Origin: Pristiophorus japonicus
Lineage: Eukaryota
Assembly (NCBI RefSeq): GCF_044704955.1
Contig: NC_091995.1
Span: forward strand, 17,546,001-17,610,000
Direction of reading: 5' to 3'
DNA length: 64,000 nucleotides
The position numbers and the translations under genes were made by a program. Positions 1-10,415 of the stretch are shown here, piece after piece. The notes under the pieces were generated by a model. The model was not told where the DNA came from. It searched no databases and saw only the letters and a program-made list of their open reading frames with translations. The first letter of the stretch is position 1, and every line of letters begins with the position of its first letter.

Positions 1-290
1 TACGTGGCTCAGTGTCACATGCTTGTCTTATATTACACCTGTGAAACGCCTTAGGATGTTTTACAACTTTAAAGGCACTATATAAATACAAGTTGTTGTT
101 GTTGTTGTTATGTTTCCTTGGACGCCCTGAGCACTTTGCAAACGCATATCATCTCAATTTATATGCCTTGGGAGCAGGTATTTACCTCTCCCCACTTTAA
201 AAACACAACGTTGAGAGGGGGCTCGCGTTTTTTAAACATACTCGCAGCTCAGATCCACATTTAAAGGAACCAGTCTGTGCAGTTCTGCTT

Positions 291-645
291 GAACATAAGA
301 ACATAAGAAATAGGAGCAGGAGTTGGCCATTCGGCCCCTCGTGCCTGCTCCGACATTCAAAGGATCATGGCTGATCTTCCACCTCAATTTCAATTTCCCG
401 CCCAATCTCCATAGCTCTTGATTCCTTAGAGTCAGCCTTAACTATACTCAACGACTCAACATCCACAGCCCTCTGGGCAAATGTCTCCAAACATTCACAA
501 CCCTCTGAGTGAAGACATTCCTCCTCATCTCGGTCTTAAATAGCCTACCCCTTATCCTGAGACTATGCCCCCTAGTTCGTGACTCTCCAGCCAGGGGAAA
601 CAACTTCTCAGCATTTACCCTGTCAAGCCCCTTCAGAATCTTATA
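291..645 (-). mobile_element. CR1 3' end
   Basis: ORF 448..678 (TRGHSLRIRG..FTQRVVNVW) and (AAGAACAT)n tail. Confidence 0.85.
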
Positions 646-736
646 TGCTTTATGCTTGGCTGGAACCCAAGTGCACATCGGTATCTTCAGTGTGTCTGCA
701 TCCTACATTCACGATACGATAAACCTTTTAAAAATT

Positions 737-1130
737 AATTCACGGAATGTGGGCGTTGCATTTATTTACATCGCAAGGTTAGCATTTACCCATGCCTAAT
801 AGCTCTTGAGTGGCTTGCTAGGCCATTTCAAAGGGCAGTTAAGAGTCATCCACGTTGCTGTGGGTCTGGAGTCATATACAGGCCAGACCGAGTTAGGACA
901 GCAGATTTCCTTCCCTAGATAGAATAGATACAATGGACCTATTTCCAGATGGGTTTTTATGAGAATCCTGTAGTTACATGGTCACCATTACAGATGCTAG
1001 CTTTTTATTCCGCATTTTTTAACTGAATTCAAATTTATACCCAACGGCCATGGTGGGATTTGAACTCATGTCTTCGGATTATTAGTCCAGGTTTCTAGAT
1101 TACTAGTCCAGTAACATTACGACTGTACTA
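737..1130 (-). mobile_element. tRNA-derived SINE (second family)
   Basis: Homologous to copies at ~58305-58700 (-) and ~59670-60150 (+); B-box-like gagttcaaatcccacc on the minus strand. Confidence 0.6.
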
Positions 1131-1241
1131 CCGTTCATTCATTTTACGGAACCAGAATGTGATTGTTGTGCTAAATAATTATAAAATACTTTTACATGCG
1201 TTACCAACAGTTAATAATACATATATTGACAGTCGCTACAA

Positions 1242-1387
1242 TTACCTCCTCTGACGGAAGCAGATAGCGACGATGATTCCAAAAGCTGCAAGTAAAGCTA
1301 TCACTACTGCTCGAACACGCCAGAGAATCCAGACATCGGTGAAGATGCTTATAGTATCTTCGGTGCTCGTTTCCTTACGTTCGTCAC
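1242..1387 (-). CDS. NCR3: NKp30/NCR3-like receptor gene A, exon 3 (stalk + TM with Arg + short tail)
   Basis: Acceptor atttcatag, phase 1. Translates SDERKETSTEDTISIFTDVWILWRVRAVVIALLAAFGIIVAICFRQRR, followed by TAA (1244-1242). Alternatively it splices at AG|gtaatt (1246) to a possible exon starting at 702 that adds MQTH-stop. Confidence 0.8.
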
Positions 1388-1544
1388 CTATGAAATGTTA
1401 TAACAGACTTAAAAATTCTCCATATCTCTTTGTGGTCCAAGGCAACAAGTAACAAAATGGGGCTAAGACGCCCTCCGTTCTGAATGTTCGCCTTCGCCAT
1501 CCAGGATACTAACCTGGCAGGGTAGATAGCTCGCCCTTTAAATC

Positions 1545-3005
1545 GTAGAATCATAGCATTTTTTTACAGCACAGCAGGAGGACATTTCGGCCCATCGTGT
1601 CCGTGCCGGCTGACAAAAAGCTATCCAGCCTAATCTCAGCTCTACGCCCGTAGCCTTGTAGGTTATGGCACTTATAGCGCATATCCAGGTACAATGCTTT
1701 TAAAATGTAGTGAGGTTTCTGCCTCTACCACGCTTTCAGGCCGTGAATTCTAGATCCACACCACCCTCTGGTTGGTAAAAATTCTCCCTCAAATCCTCTC
1801 TAAACCTCCCAACAAATATATGTAGTCTGGTGGTTGACCACTCTGCTAAGGGAAAAAGGTCCTTCCTATCGACTCTATCTCGACCGCCCATAATGTTATA
1901 CACGTCAATAAGGTCTTGAGGTGTTTCAAAGAAAACAACCCCAGCATATGTAATATTTCCTCATAGCTAAAATTCTCCAGTCCTGCGAACAACTTCATAA
2001 ATCTCCTTTGTCCATCTCTAGTGCAATCACATCTTACCTGTAATGTGGTGACCAGAACTGCATGCACTGCTCTAGCTTTGGCTTAACTGGTGTTTTATAC
2101 AGTTGAAGCATAACCTCCTGCTCTTGTATTCTATGCCACGGCTAATAAAGATATATATTATGTATGCCTTCTTAACCACCTTATCTACCTGTCCTGCTAC
2201 CTTCAGGGATTTGTGGATGTGTGCTCCAAGATCCCTTTTTTCCTCTGCACTTCTCAGTGTCCCACCATTTATTGCGTATTCCCTTGCTTAGTTAGCCCTC
2301 CCTAAATGCATTACCTCACAATACTCCAGATTAAATTCCATTTGCCTACCTGCGTTTCATTCTATTAATTACCGCTCAGGTGGTAAAAGTGAATATCTGT
2401 CCCGTTTCCTTTGTTGCCACACGTCACTTTTCACAACAATAATCAAATATGAAGACTTGTTGCTCGGTGCCTTGCTTATTGTCCCAATCTCTGCAATTTC
2501 CCCATCCCTTCACTACTGGCCCCTATCTCTCATAAACACTACCCACATATCCGAGATAGATATAAACAGATGCGCTCGTACCCTGTTCAGATTAACGACG
2601 GACAAGGTAAAGGCAATTGCACAACTTCAGATCAATCATCTATTGTGGAAAAGATCCAATCTTATGTTTTCATGTGAAACGATTAAAGCATTGAGCTAGA
2701 TTATTGCGTCCAATTCTGGGCACACTTTAGAAAGTGCGTCAAATCCTTGAAGGGGTTGCAGAGGAGATTTACCAGAAAGGTACTAGGGATGAGGGTATTT
2801 CGGTCATCTGGAGTGACCAGAGGACACAGTTTTAAGGTAATTGGCAAAAAAGCAAGAGGTGTTGGCGGAGGCGGGGAGGTGGGTGGGGGGGGGGGGGAAT
2901 GCATTTTTGTGTTAAGCTCTCTGATACACTGCCTGAAAGGGCGATGGAGACAGATTCAACACCCAACTTTCAAAAGGGAATTGGATAAATACTTAAAAAG
3001 AAAGC
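1545..3005. mobile_element. CR1 3' fragments in gene A intron 2 (~1545-2345 minus, ~2700-3005 plus)
   Basis: Degenerate RT C-terminal peptides (QRRF, TRGHSFKV). Confidence 0.75.
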
Positions 3006-3132
3006 CTTGGGCTGTTTATAATAACCAGGTTAAGGCGTGGCTCAGCAATGTCACCAACAACGCGGTGAGGATTCGTAGGCTAACGCCGGCAAGAGTAGCT
3101 TTTAGGCTATAAATGTTAAATAACAAACTTAC

Positions 3133-3474
3133 TGCGTCTCACGGTCAGTGTTGAGCCGGTTCCGTATGTTTCACCAATTTCCATGAGCTTCACTTTGCAA
3201 AGATAGAACCCTGTATCTCCCGGTTTCAGCTGGATTATTCTAATGGACGCGTTTTTCCTCTGGCGGAAATCCTCCTTACTTGCCCCGAACACTCTGCCTC
3301 GGTATTCCGCTGTATTGTTGGAAACTTCATTTCCCTCTTTGGAGCCTCGGTGCCAACTGTAGCTGCCGATTCCATCGGTACCCTCATATGTGCAGACCAG
3401 ATCCGCTGTCTGTCCCTCGGTTTTGGTGAGCGATTGCGGCCTCTGAAATACTGTGATATTTCCAACAGTAACTG
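3133..3474 (-). CDS. NCR3: NKp30/NCR3-like receptor gene A, exon 2 (V-type Ig domain with joined J-like strand)
   Basis: Manual translation: (A)VTVGNITVFQRPQSLTKTEGQTADLVCTYEGTDGIGSYSWHRGSKEGNEVSNNTAEYRGRVFGASKEDFRQRKNASIRIIQLKPGDTGFYLCKVKLMEIGETYGTGSTLTVRR. Canonical C, W, DxGxYxC and GxG; the GxEVxNxTxEYRGR segment is NKp30-like. Acceptor tttacag, donor gtaagt, 342 nt, phase 1-1. Orthology to NCR3 is not proven. Confidence 0.88.
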
Positions 3475-4737
3475 CTGTAAATGGGCGAAGTAAATGGAAT
3501 ACAAAGTGGGTGAGGTCTTTGGCCTTTGAAAGTGTTGCTTCCTATATTACGCATGAAGGCTCATCGCGTTTGAATGAGTCTTTAACCCTTTACAAATTAC
3601 AAGTATTGTTTTGGTTGAGGGGTGAGGGCGTTCCGCTACTCTGCCAAATGGCAATTTTCAGGGAACATTGATCAAATATTTTTAGAAAAATATATTAACG
3701 CAGTGAATTTAACTGTATATAACCTGTGTTGTTAATTGATGCGATAAAGCCTGTGATGAGAAAATGTCCCTCAGCCCATCGAAGATCAACCCTTGTACGC
3801 TAACTCCCTCCACGGCATTTAATTGTATTCCGTGTATCTCCAATATTGACGTTTATTGCTTGCTGTAGGAATTCGTTTTCAGACAAACACGTTCTTCTTG
3901 ATTTTAGTTCAAAATGTCCCTTTTCATTATTTTCCATTGATCGATCCGAATCTACTTTCATAGCTGGGAAGCAATAATCGGCGTGCGATTTATCCTAACT
4001 TTTAACACGGATTTCTCCCCTCGCTCACTAACTACCTTATTTCAAGACTGCAACACTCATGCGTCGCTTATCTTTTCTCACGTCTCGTCTCTTTACACTT
4101 CGGAGAGGTTTTCTTGCTCGTCTATACACCCGTTGCAGTTCAGATATATTTTTGTGTCACAGTGAGAAGAGCTGAAGGTAGGATTGCAACAATAGTGAAC
4201 CGTGTATTTAGAAGTTTAGCAAGGTTATCTGACGCTATCAAGGCTCCATATGCGAACACTTAAAAAATATATTTCGTTACATCTTTATATATCGGCTATT
4301 AGTCATCTTACTATCACGTCAGAACATAGAACCAAGAGAATTCGGAATAAATAATATTAAGAAACCGTTCGTATCTATATTACTTGAAAATGTTGATTTA
4401 ATTCCTTGTAATTTGGGGGCATTGACTTGGGATAGGCTACAGGTTTGATTTCCGGCGGGGATTGCTGAACAATAATGGATCAGTGATGATTATGCGTATT
4501 TGTCTTTGCAATCGGCAAACTTCTCAATTTTATCAACCACTTCAAGTTTGGAAAGTCTGTACCATAGATTTTTTTTAACCTTTAACGTCCTATTTATTTA
4601 TCCATATGCCCATCACCAATATGTAAGTGTAGTTGAATTGGACAAAATATAACAACGCACTCCAAAAGTAGGTTGCAATATGATTTGTACTCGCATCTTG
4701 CAATTGGAAACCGACATAACATAAAATAGTTCCTTAC

Positions 4738-4789
4738 CGGCGATCATGGTCGTTATCCAGATTGATCCAATAACATTGTTAAGGTTCAT
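4738..4789 (-). CDS. NCR3: NKp30/NCR3-like receptor gene A, exon 1 (leader, MNLNNVIGSIWITTMIA)
   Basis: ATG in good context (gaaaccATG), 17 codons plus 1 nt, then donor G|gtaagg. Phase 1 matches the V exon acceptor. Confidence 0.75.
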
Positions 4790-4976
4790 GGTTTCGGCGC
4801 AGTTCTCACAACCGGCGAAGTCAGTTGAAGAATAATTTTGTAGGATCAGTGGATAGAAGTAACAACCCAATTCTAAAGGTAGGCGTGCGCATGATGGAGT
4901 ATGTGACGTGACAGAAACAATTCCCCAATTGACATCAACTGCTTTAGTTTCTTCCCACCCTTGCAAGTACAATGTC

Positions 4977-5180
4977 AGCTGTGGATCAATGGTAGCACTC
5001 TCCCGTCTCTGAGTCAGAAGTTTGCGGGTGCAGCTCCCACTCCAGGGACTTGAGTACAAACAACTAGGCTGAAACTCCAGTGTTGTCGCTGCACTGTCGG
5101 AAGTGCCGTCTTTGGGATGAGATGTTAAAACTGAGCCGCTCAGGTGAACATAAAAGGTCGCACGGCACTATTTTGAAGAT
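4977..5180 (+). mobile_element. tRNA-head SINE (DeuSINE/SacSINE1-like), 5' part
   Basis: agctgtggatcaatggtagcactct...gtgcagctcccact A/B-box-like head; homologous to the copy at 44708. Confidence 0.6.
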
Positions 5181-5989
5181 TCCAGTTGGGGCCGACAGGA
5201 TGATGAAATCTATTTATTGAAAGTGCTTGCACCAGAAGGCAGCTAGAATACAACATTTAGTAGATAGAAGTTCCCGCAGGTCTGTTAATCGCACTAGTAA
5301 GTTTGTGAACCGTATTGTGATTATCCTAACACAACTGTTAGACCTCCTGCCAAATGCCGTCCATGTAAATCAATTTGTTTGTCCAAACGCGGAGATTGTG
5401 TGTCATGCTACCGGTTGAATACCGAACAAATGCTTCCAAAACGTAATCTGTCAGAATGTAAAGCAAACTGACACTGCTCAATCGAATTTCACACACCAAT
5501 TTGCAACCATGGAGCAGAGAAAACCTCCATAGATATAGAATGAGAAATGTTGATGACAAATTGCTAAACAATGAACGAGGCGCGGCAGCACATCCATATA
5601 ATCCGCTCAAAACCCGAGATCCGGGTTTGATTCCAACTGTCAGGATGGAAATCTTTCTTTTTAAAAAAGTGGGTGACGTTAGCAAAATACTCGCGTAAAA
5701 TATCAAGCACTATTCAACAGAATGGTTTTAATTGAAATTGTAAAGACTGTGTTGCCAAGCCGCACACTTACAGATGCAAGGTATATGCAGTCGTATAAAA
5801 ATCTGAATTATTCCAATATATGTATTTGAACTAATATAAAGAGCCGTGTGTAGGTTTCGTCCATCTCAGCTGAAGTTACGGTGGAATTCGGCTCCATTAG
5901 AAATAGTGAGGTAATTTTTGGTAACTGTTTGACATAGATCTGATCATAATATAGCACATTTGTCTGCTGTTTTCAATTTACAAGCAAGA

Positions 5990-7465
5990 ATACAGGAACT
6001 TAAGAAATGGGCTCAGGAGTAGGCCTTTCGGCTCCACTATTCAATAAGATTATGGCTGTTCTTCTACCGCAACTCCACGTTCCTGCACTATTCCCATATC
6101 CCTTGATTTCCTTAATATCCAAAAATCCATCGATCTCTGTCTTGAATATACTCAAGGACTGAGACTTCACGTCCCTCTGGGATAGAGAATTACAAAGATC
6201 CACCACCCTCTGATTGAAGAGATTTATCCTCATCCCTGTCCTTACTGGCCGACCCCTTATTCTGAGACTGTGACCCCTGGTTCTAGACTCCCCAGCCAGG
6301 GGAAACATCTTCCCAGTATCCAACCTGGAAGAATGTGGTATGTTTCAATTAGATCACCTCTCAATCTTCTAAACTCTAGAGAATATAGGCCTAGTCTACT
6401 CAATCTCTCCTCAGTGTACAATCCCCCCCATCTCAGGAATCAGCCTGGTGAACCTTCATTGCACTCCCTCTACGGCAAGTATATATTTCCTCATTACAAC
6501 TGGCCCACAGAAGAAAATATATGGGCTTGGGTTACAAATGGCTTGTGCTATATGTACCGGTTGGAGGTGAAATCATTTTCAACTATATTGCAGTATGGGC
6601 AACCCTGCATCAAGGACATTTTAGACTCTGGCTCTATGTGTCCTATTGTTCTGTCTCTGTGCTGTACACATGTGTGGGCTATGTGTGAGTGCGTGTGTAT
6701 TCGCAAATCGTCGGTTTCTGACACAAACAAAGTAACGCATAGTAACTTCGATTCCGCTTAAGCCTTTTTATCTTGTCAGGACCACTGCTGGAAGCACCGT
6801 TGCAGTTTGAAAACTCATCCTTCACTGTCGCAACTGAAGGATATACTCCAGCCTTTAGCTCTCGGAGGATGCAAATGGCGTGAATGCATTCAACACTAAA
6901 ATGCAGGACATGGCGAACGGATGTTAACTGACGTACAAAGGAGTTAATCAAGAAGGTTGCTGTTTTGTTTAAAGTAACATAAATTTATACTGCAGGATTC
7001 CAGGGGCGATACCAGCAACGGAGAACTTTGAATAAAACTACAGACAAGTTGTACGGCAGTTCGATTTTATTTCAATTCGGAGTGAACTAACACATAGGAT
7101 CACAATAAATTTTTCCTCATTTTAACATAATACATACATAGAATCAGAGAATGGTTAAAGCACAGTAGGAGGTCAATCGAGCCGTCGAGCCCGTGCCGGC
7201 TCTCTGCAAGAGAAATTCAGCTAATCCCACTTCTGGACCCTTTCCCCGTAGCCCTGCAAGTTTTTTTCCTGTTGAAAGCCACGATTGAGTCTGCCTCCAC
7301 CACCCTTTCAGACAGTGTATCCCAGATTCCAACCAGGGCTGCGTAAAAAAAAACATTTTTCTCATGTCGCCTTTGAATCTTCTGCCAATCGGTGTCCTCT
7401 GGTTCTCCACACTTCTACCAATGGGAATAGTTTCTCTATCTACTCTGTCCAGGCTCCTCATAATA
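5990..7465 (-). mobile_element. Two CR1 3' fragments (~5990-6490 and ~7140-7465)
   Basis: ORF 6000..6323 and CR1 3' UTR motifs. Confidence 0.75.
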
Positions 7466-7840
7466 TTGAACACGTGGTACTTATATTCCAATAGAACAAT
7501 AAAAAACATATAATCGAGTCGAGTACGTGATATAAATGAAATAGAGTTTCTTGCACTAAATGGATATATTGAGCCAATTATTTGCATTTTTAAGTGCGCT
7601 TTCTTGTGGTTTTCACATGCACACACAAAAGAGTTAAAGTGGCCAGAGAACATGATGAACCATAACTGAATCTCAATGCTTTAATAATGAGAAAGTAATG
7701 GGAGCTCTTGTCCAGTAAAGGGGATTAGTACTAAATAATAACATGCATGCTCTCGGTAGTGTTTATTCGAGCTATCAGGTTAAGCTAGTAATATAATTAA
7801 TGAGTGGTTATCAAGCAAAACTTTGGATTCGAGATGCACT

Positions 7841-8335
7841 TGTTGGAGCGGATTTTTGGACATATACTGGACTAGTATACGGGACAAACATTTGTTTTAT
7901 TTTCTCCTTTAATGAATTTTGTAAGGGACAATACTGATGCATTATGCTCGATATAAAAAACCAGTTAGACTTTAAGGTATGCTGGCCTTGAGTTAATGGA
8001 GATAGGACAGTGAGATAATGAACACTGGAGAGTTATGTGCTGAGTATGTTTGTTTATACCGGTGTCAAAAGCCTGCACTTGTTTATACTGCCCTGTCAAA
8101 ATGCAGGATGGGTTATATCAAAAGCTTAGCCTTCGATAGTCAAAGCTTTGTAGTGCTAAAGCATATGTTGTAAAGTGACGTAATTTGTAAGATAAAAGAA
8201 CTTCACTGCAGATACCAATTTGAGAAGATGGTTCAAAGACAGGGGTCTTTAACACTTCTCCCAAAGCTTTGTTTCCGATTTAATAAACCTCTCTTTATAT
8301 ATATTATAGTGTCTCGGAAATATTTTTCCACAACA
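7841..8335 (+). mobile_element. Solo LTR (495 bp)
   Basis: TGTTG...CAACA inverted termini, 4-bp TSD CACT (7837-7840 and 8336-8339), AATAAA at 8282. It interrupts a LINE fragment whose uninterrupted form (gatgcactgcagcaac) is seen at ~56878. Confidence 0.75.
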
Positions 8336-8414
8336 CACTGCAGCAACTCGCCAAGGCTTCTTTGGCAGCACCTCACAAATGTGCGACTTCTCCCACATAG
8401 AAGGACAAGGACAG

Positions 8415-8775
8415 TGTTAGATCTCTTAATTTCCAATGAAATACGAACTCCGATGGTAGTTTTAACTTCTTTATTTTTAGCAGAGAGCAACAAGCTGCTG
8501 GCTGATTGCCAGTTCCTTTGTCTTACTGGGACCACATGGTCAAAATGGCTGTATTTATACCGGGTTCAATTTACAGAAAAGAACTCGCCTTCTTTGACCA
8601 TATTGGCTCAATTAATAGCCTTTTAACCTTTTAATTGGCTCGCTACCCAAGGTCCAAAAATGTCAAGTTGATTGATGAGTTAATGCAACATGCTGAGCAG
8701 CACGTAGTAGCTTTGACTTGGGGGTCTGTGAATTTTCAAAGCCTGTCTAAATGAGCCTGTTTGAATACTCTATCA
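8415..8775 (-). repeat. ERV 3' LTR (361 bp)
   Basis: Preceded on the minus strand by the polypurine tract AAAGGGAGGA (plus ~8777-8786). Same internal promoter and poly(A) motifs as the 5' LTR. Confidence 0.95.
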
Positions 8776-9050
8776 ATCCTCCCTTTGATTCTTTCACAAA
8801 CTGAATAATAAAACTTCAGGTATCACTGGTTAAACATTCTACAAAATAATTTCATACATGTTAATAGAGTTTCCTTCTAAAATTTGTTGATAAATTTCGC
8901 CATATGTCCAGACTAGTAGCTTCCACACAAATTTACACCAACCCGAGTTCCATCGTGGCCACAATGGAAGTCTGGTTTTAGTAGGTTAATTAACCTTATT
9001 CCAATTTAATCCAAATTAATATCTTAATTCAACCAGTAAACAACCTTTCC

Positions 9051-10392
9051 TTAAGCATAACATACCCCTGTGCCACGTACAGACGGTCTGCTGGGACCTG
9101 CAAGGTGTCTCACCTGCTGGACAGCAGCTACAGCCGCCTGGTCACAACAACATTTAATCAACATAAACAAACAATATAAAAGTAAAACAATTACAACAAA
9201 TAGAATTAAACCTTCCACCAATGAAGTTCATATTGAACCTAGCCATTCAGTGGTTCCACTCCACAAAGTGAATGATGGGGGTTGCTTAAGTTTTTCTACC
9301 TCCTTTTGGATATGCTCCGCTAAGTGGGTAATTTCTTCGGAGCTATCTGGGATATATGTGCAACACTCAGTTCCGAGTAGGGTGCAAGTACCTCCCTTTT
9401 CAGCCAGGATGTAATCAAGGGCCAGTCTATTCTGTACGGATTGCTACGATTTCTGCATTGATTTTAACTAGGGCCTCTGAGGTATCATTGGCTACTCGTT
9501 CCACAACGAATGCCATGTTAATGGATTCCCTTGCCAGTTTGGCGGTCCCATACACAGGGATCAGAATGGCAAACAACCTCTCTGTTTCTGTGATAGCTCT
9601 CTTAGGACGGTGTAAATGTTCCGACAGTGACTTTATATGATACGTATAAGGCACAATGTAGGCTAAATAGCAGGATTTCATCCAATTCTGGGGCAGCCAA
9701 AGGTAGGCCTTGTGGCCACACACCCAATAGGTGCCATTATATGCAATGAATGTTAGCTGTTTCTTTGTCAGCAACACTCCGGGGCCTGTCCAGGCTTTTC
9801 CATCTGTTTTATTCAGAATCCCCGTTACGTTAAAAATTCCCACATCGGCCCAGTTTGGATGGTTCCGTGGCTTGATTTTATTATAATTCCGGGAGCAGTT
9901 ACTATACCCCATATTTTGGCCTCCTTTGATGTTTCTAATCAGACAGACTGATTCCCCCGGTCTTCCTATTCCCGTTGTATTAGTGATAACAAAAAATGGG
10001 GGCTGTTTGGAATTATTGTAGCACGGTTGGTACCCCCCTTCAAAGGTAGTCAGATTGTAACCTGCTGACTTCCATTTACGTGCCCAGTTTTCCATATCCT
10101 GAAACGCATTGCCTGTTTTATTTTGATTAATTATCCACTCAGCCATTTCCGAGATATTCAAGGGAACTGGCCTCAAGGGAATCCCTCCCTTTGAGTGAAT
10201 AGGAATATGTGTACACACCCAACAACTAGAAATGTTACCTTGTTTGGCATAAATGTAGGACATATATAATAAGGTATTTACATGTAATTCCCTTGCTACA
10301 CTACTATTTCCCTTTGGTGCAGAAGGTCGGCTAGTATGAAGTAGGCCTATGCCTAGGATACCTACAATCAATAATACAGTAAATTTATACAT
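9051..10392 (-). pseudogene. env: ERV env: 321-aa open SU + fusion peptide, then frameshifted TM subunit
   Basis: Signal peptide, CWVC motif, furin site RPKR. After a frameshift at ~9430 come NRLALDYILAEKGGTC (ISD), CX6CC, an in-frame TGA and a hydrophobic anchor, ending at TAA 9053-9051. Confidence 0.9.
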
Positions 10393-10415
10393 TTTCGCAA
10401 AAAGTAATTGTCCTT

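Noticed and set aside
3235-3504. 89-aa ORF from the track
   Set aside because: It is the wrong frame of the gene A V exon.
8228-8626. ORFs overlapping the LTRs (also 15619..15909)
   Set aside because: They cross element boundaries and lie antisense within LTR sequence.
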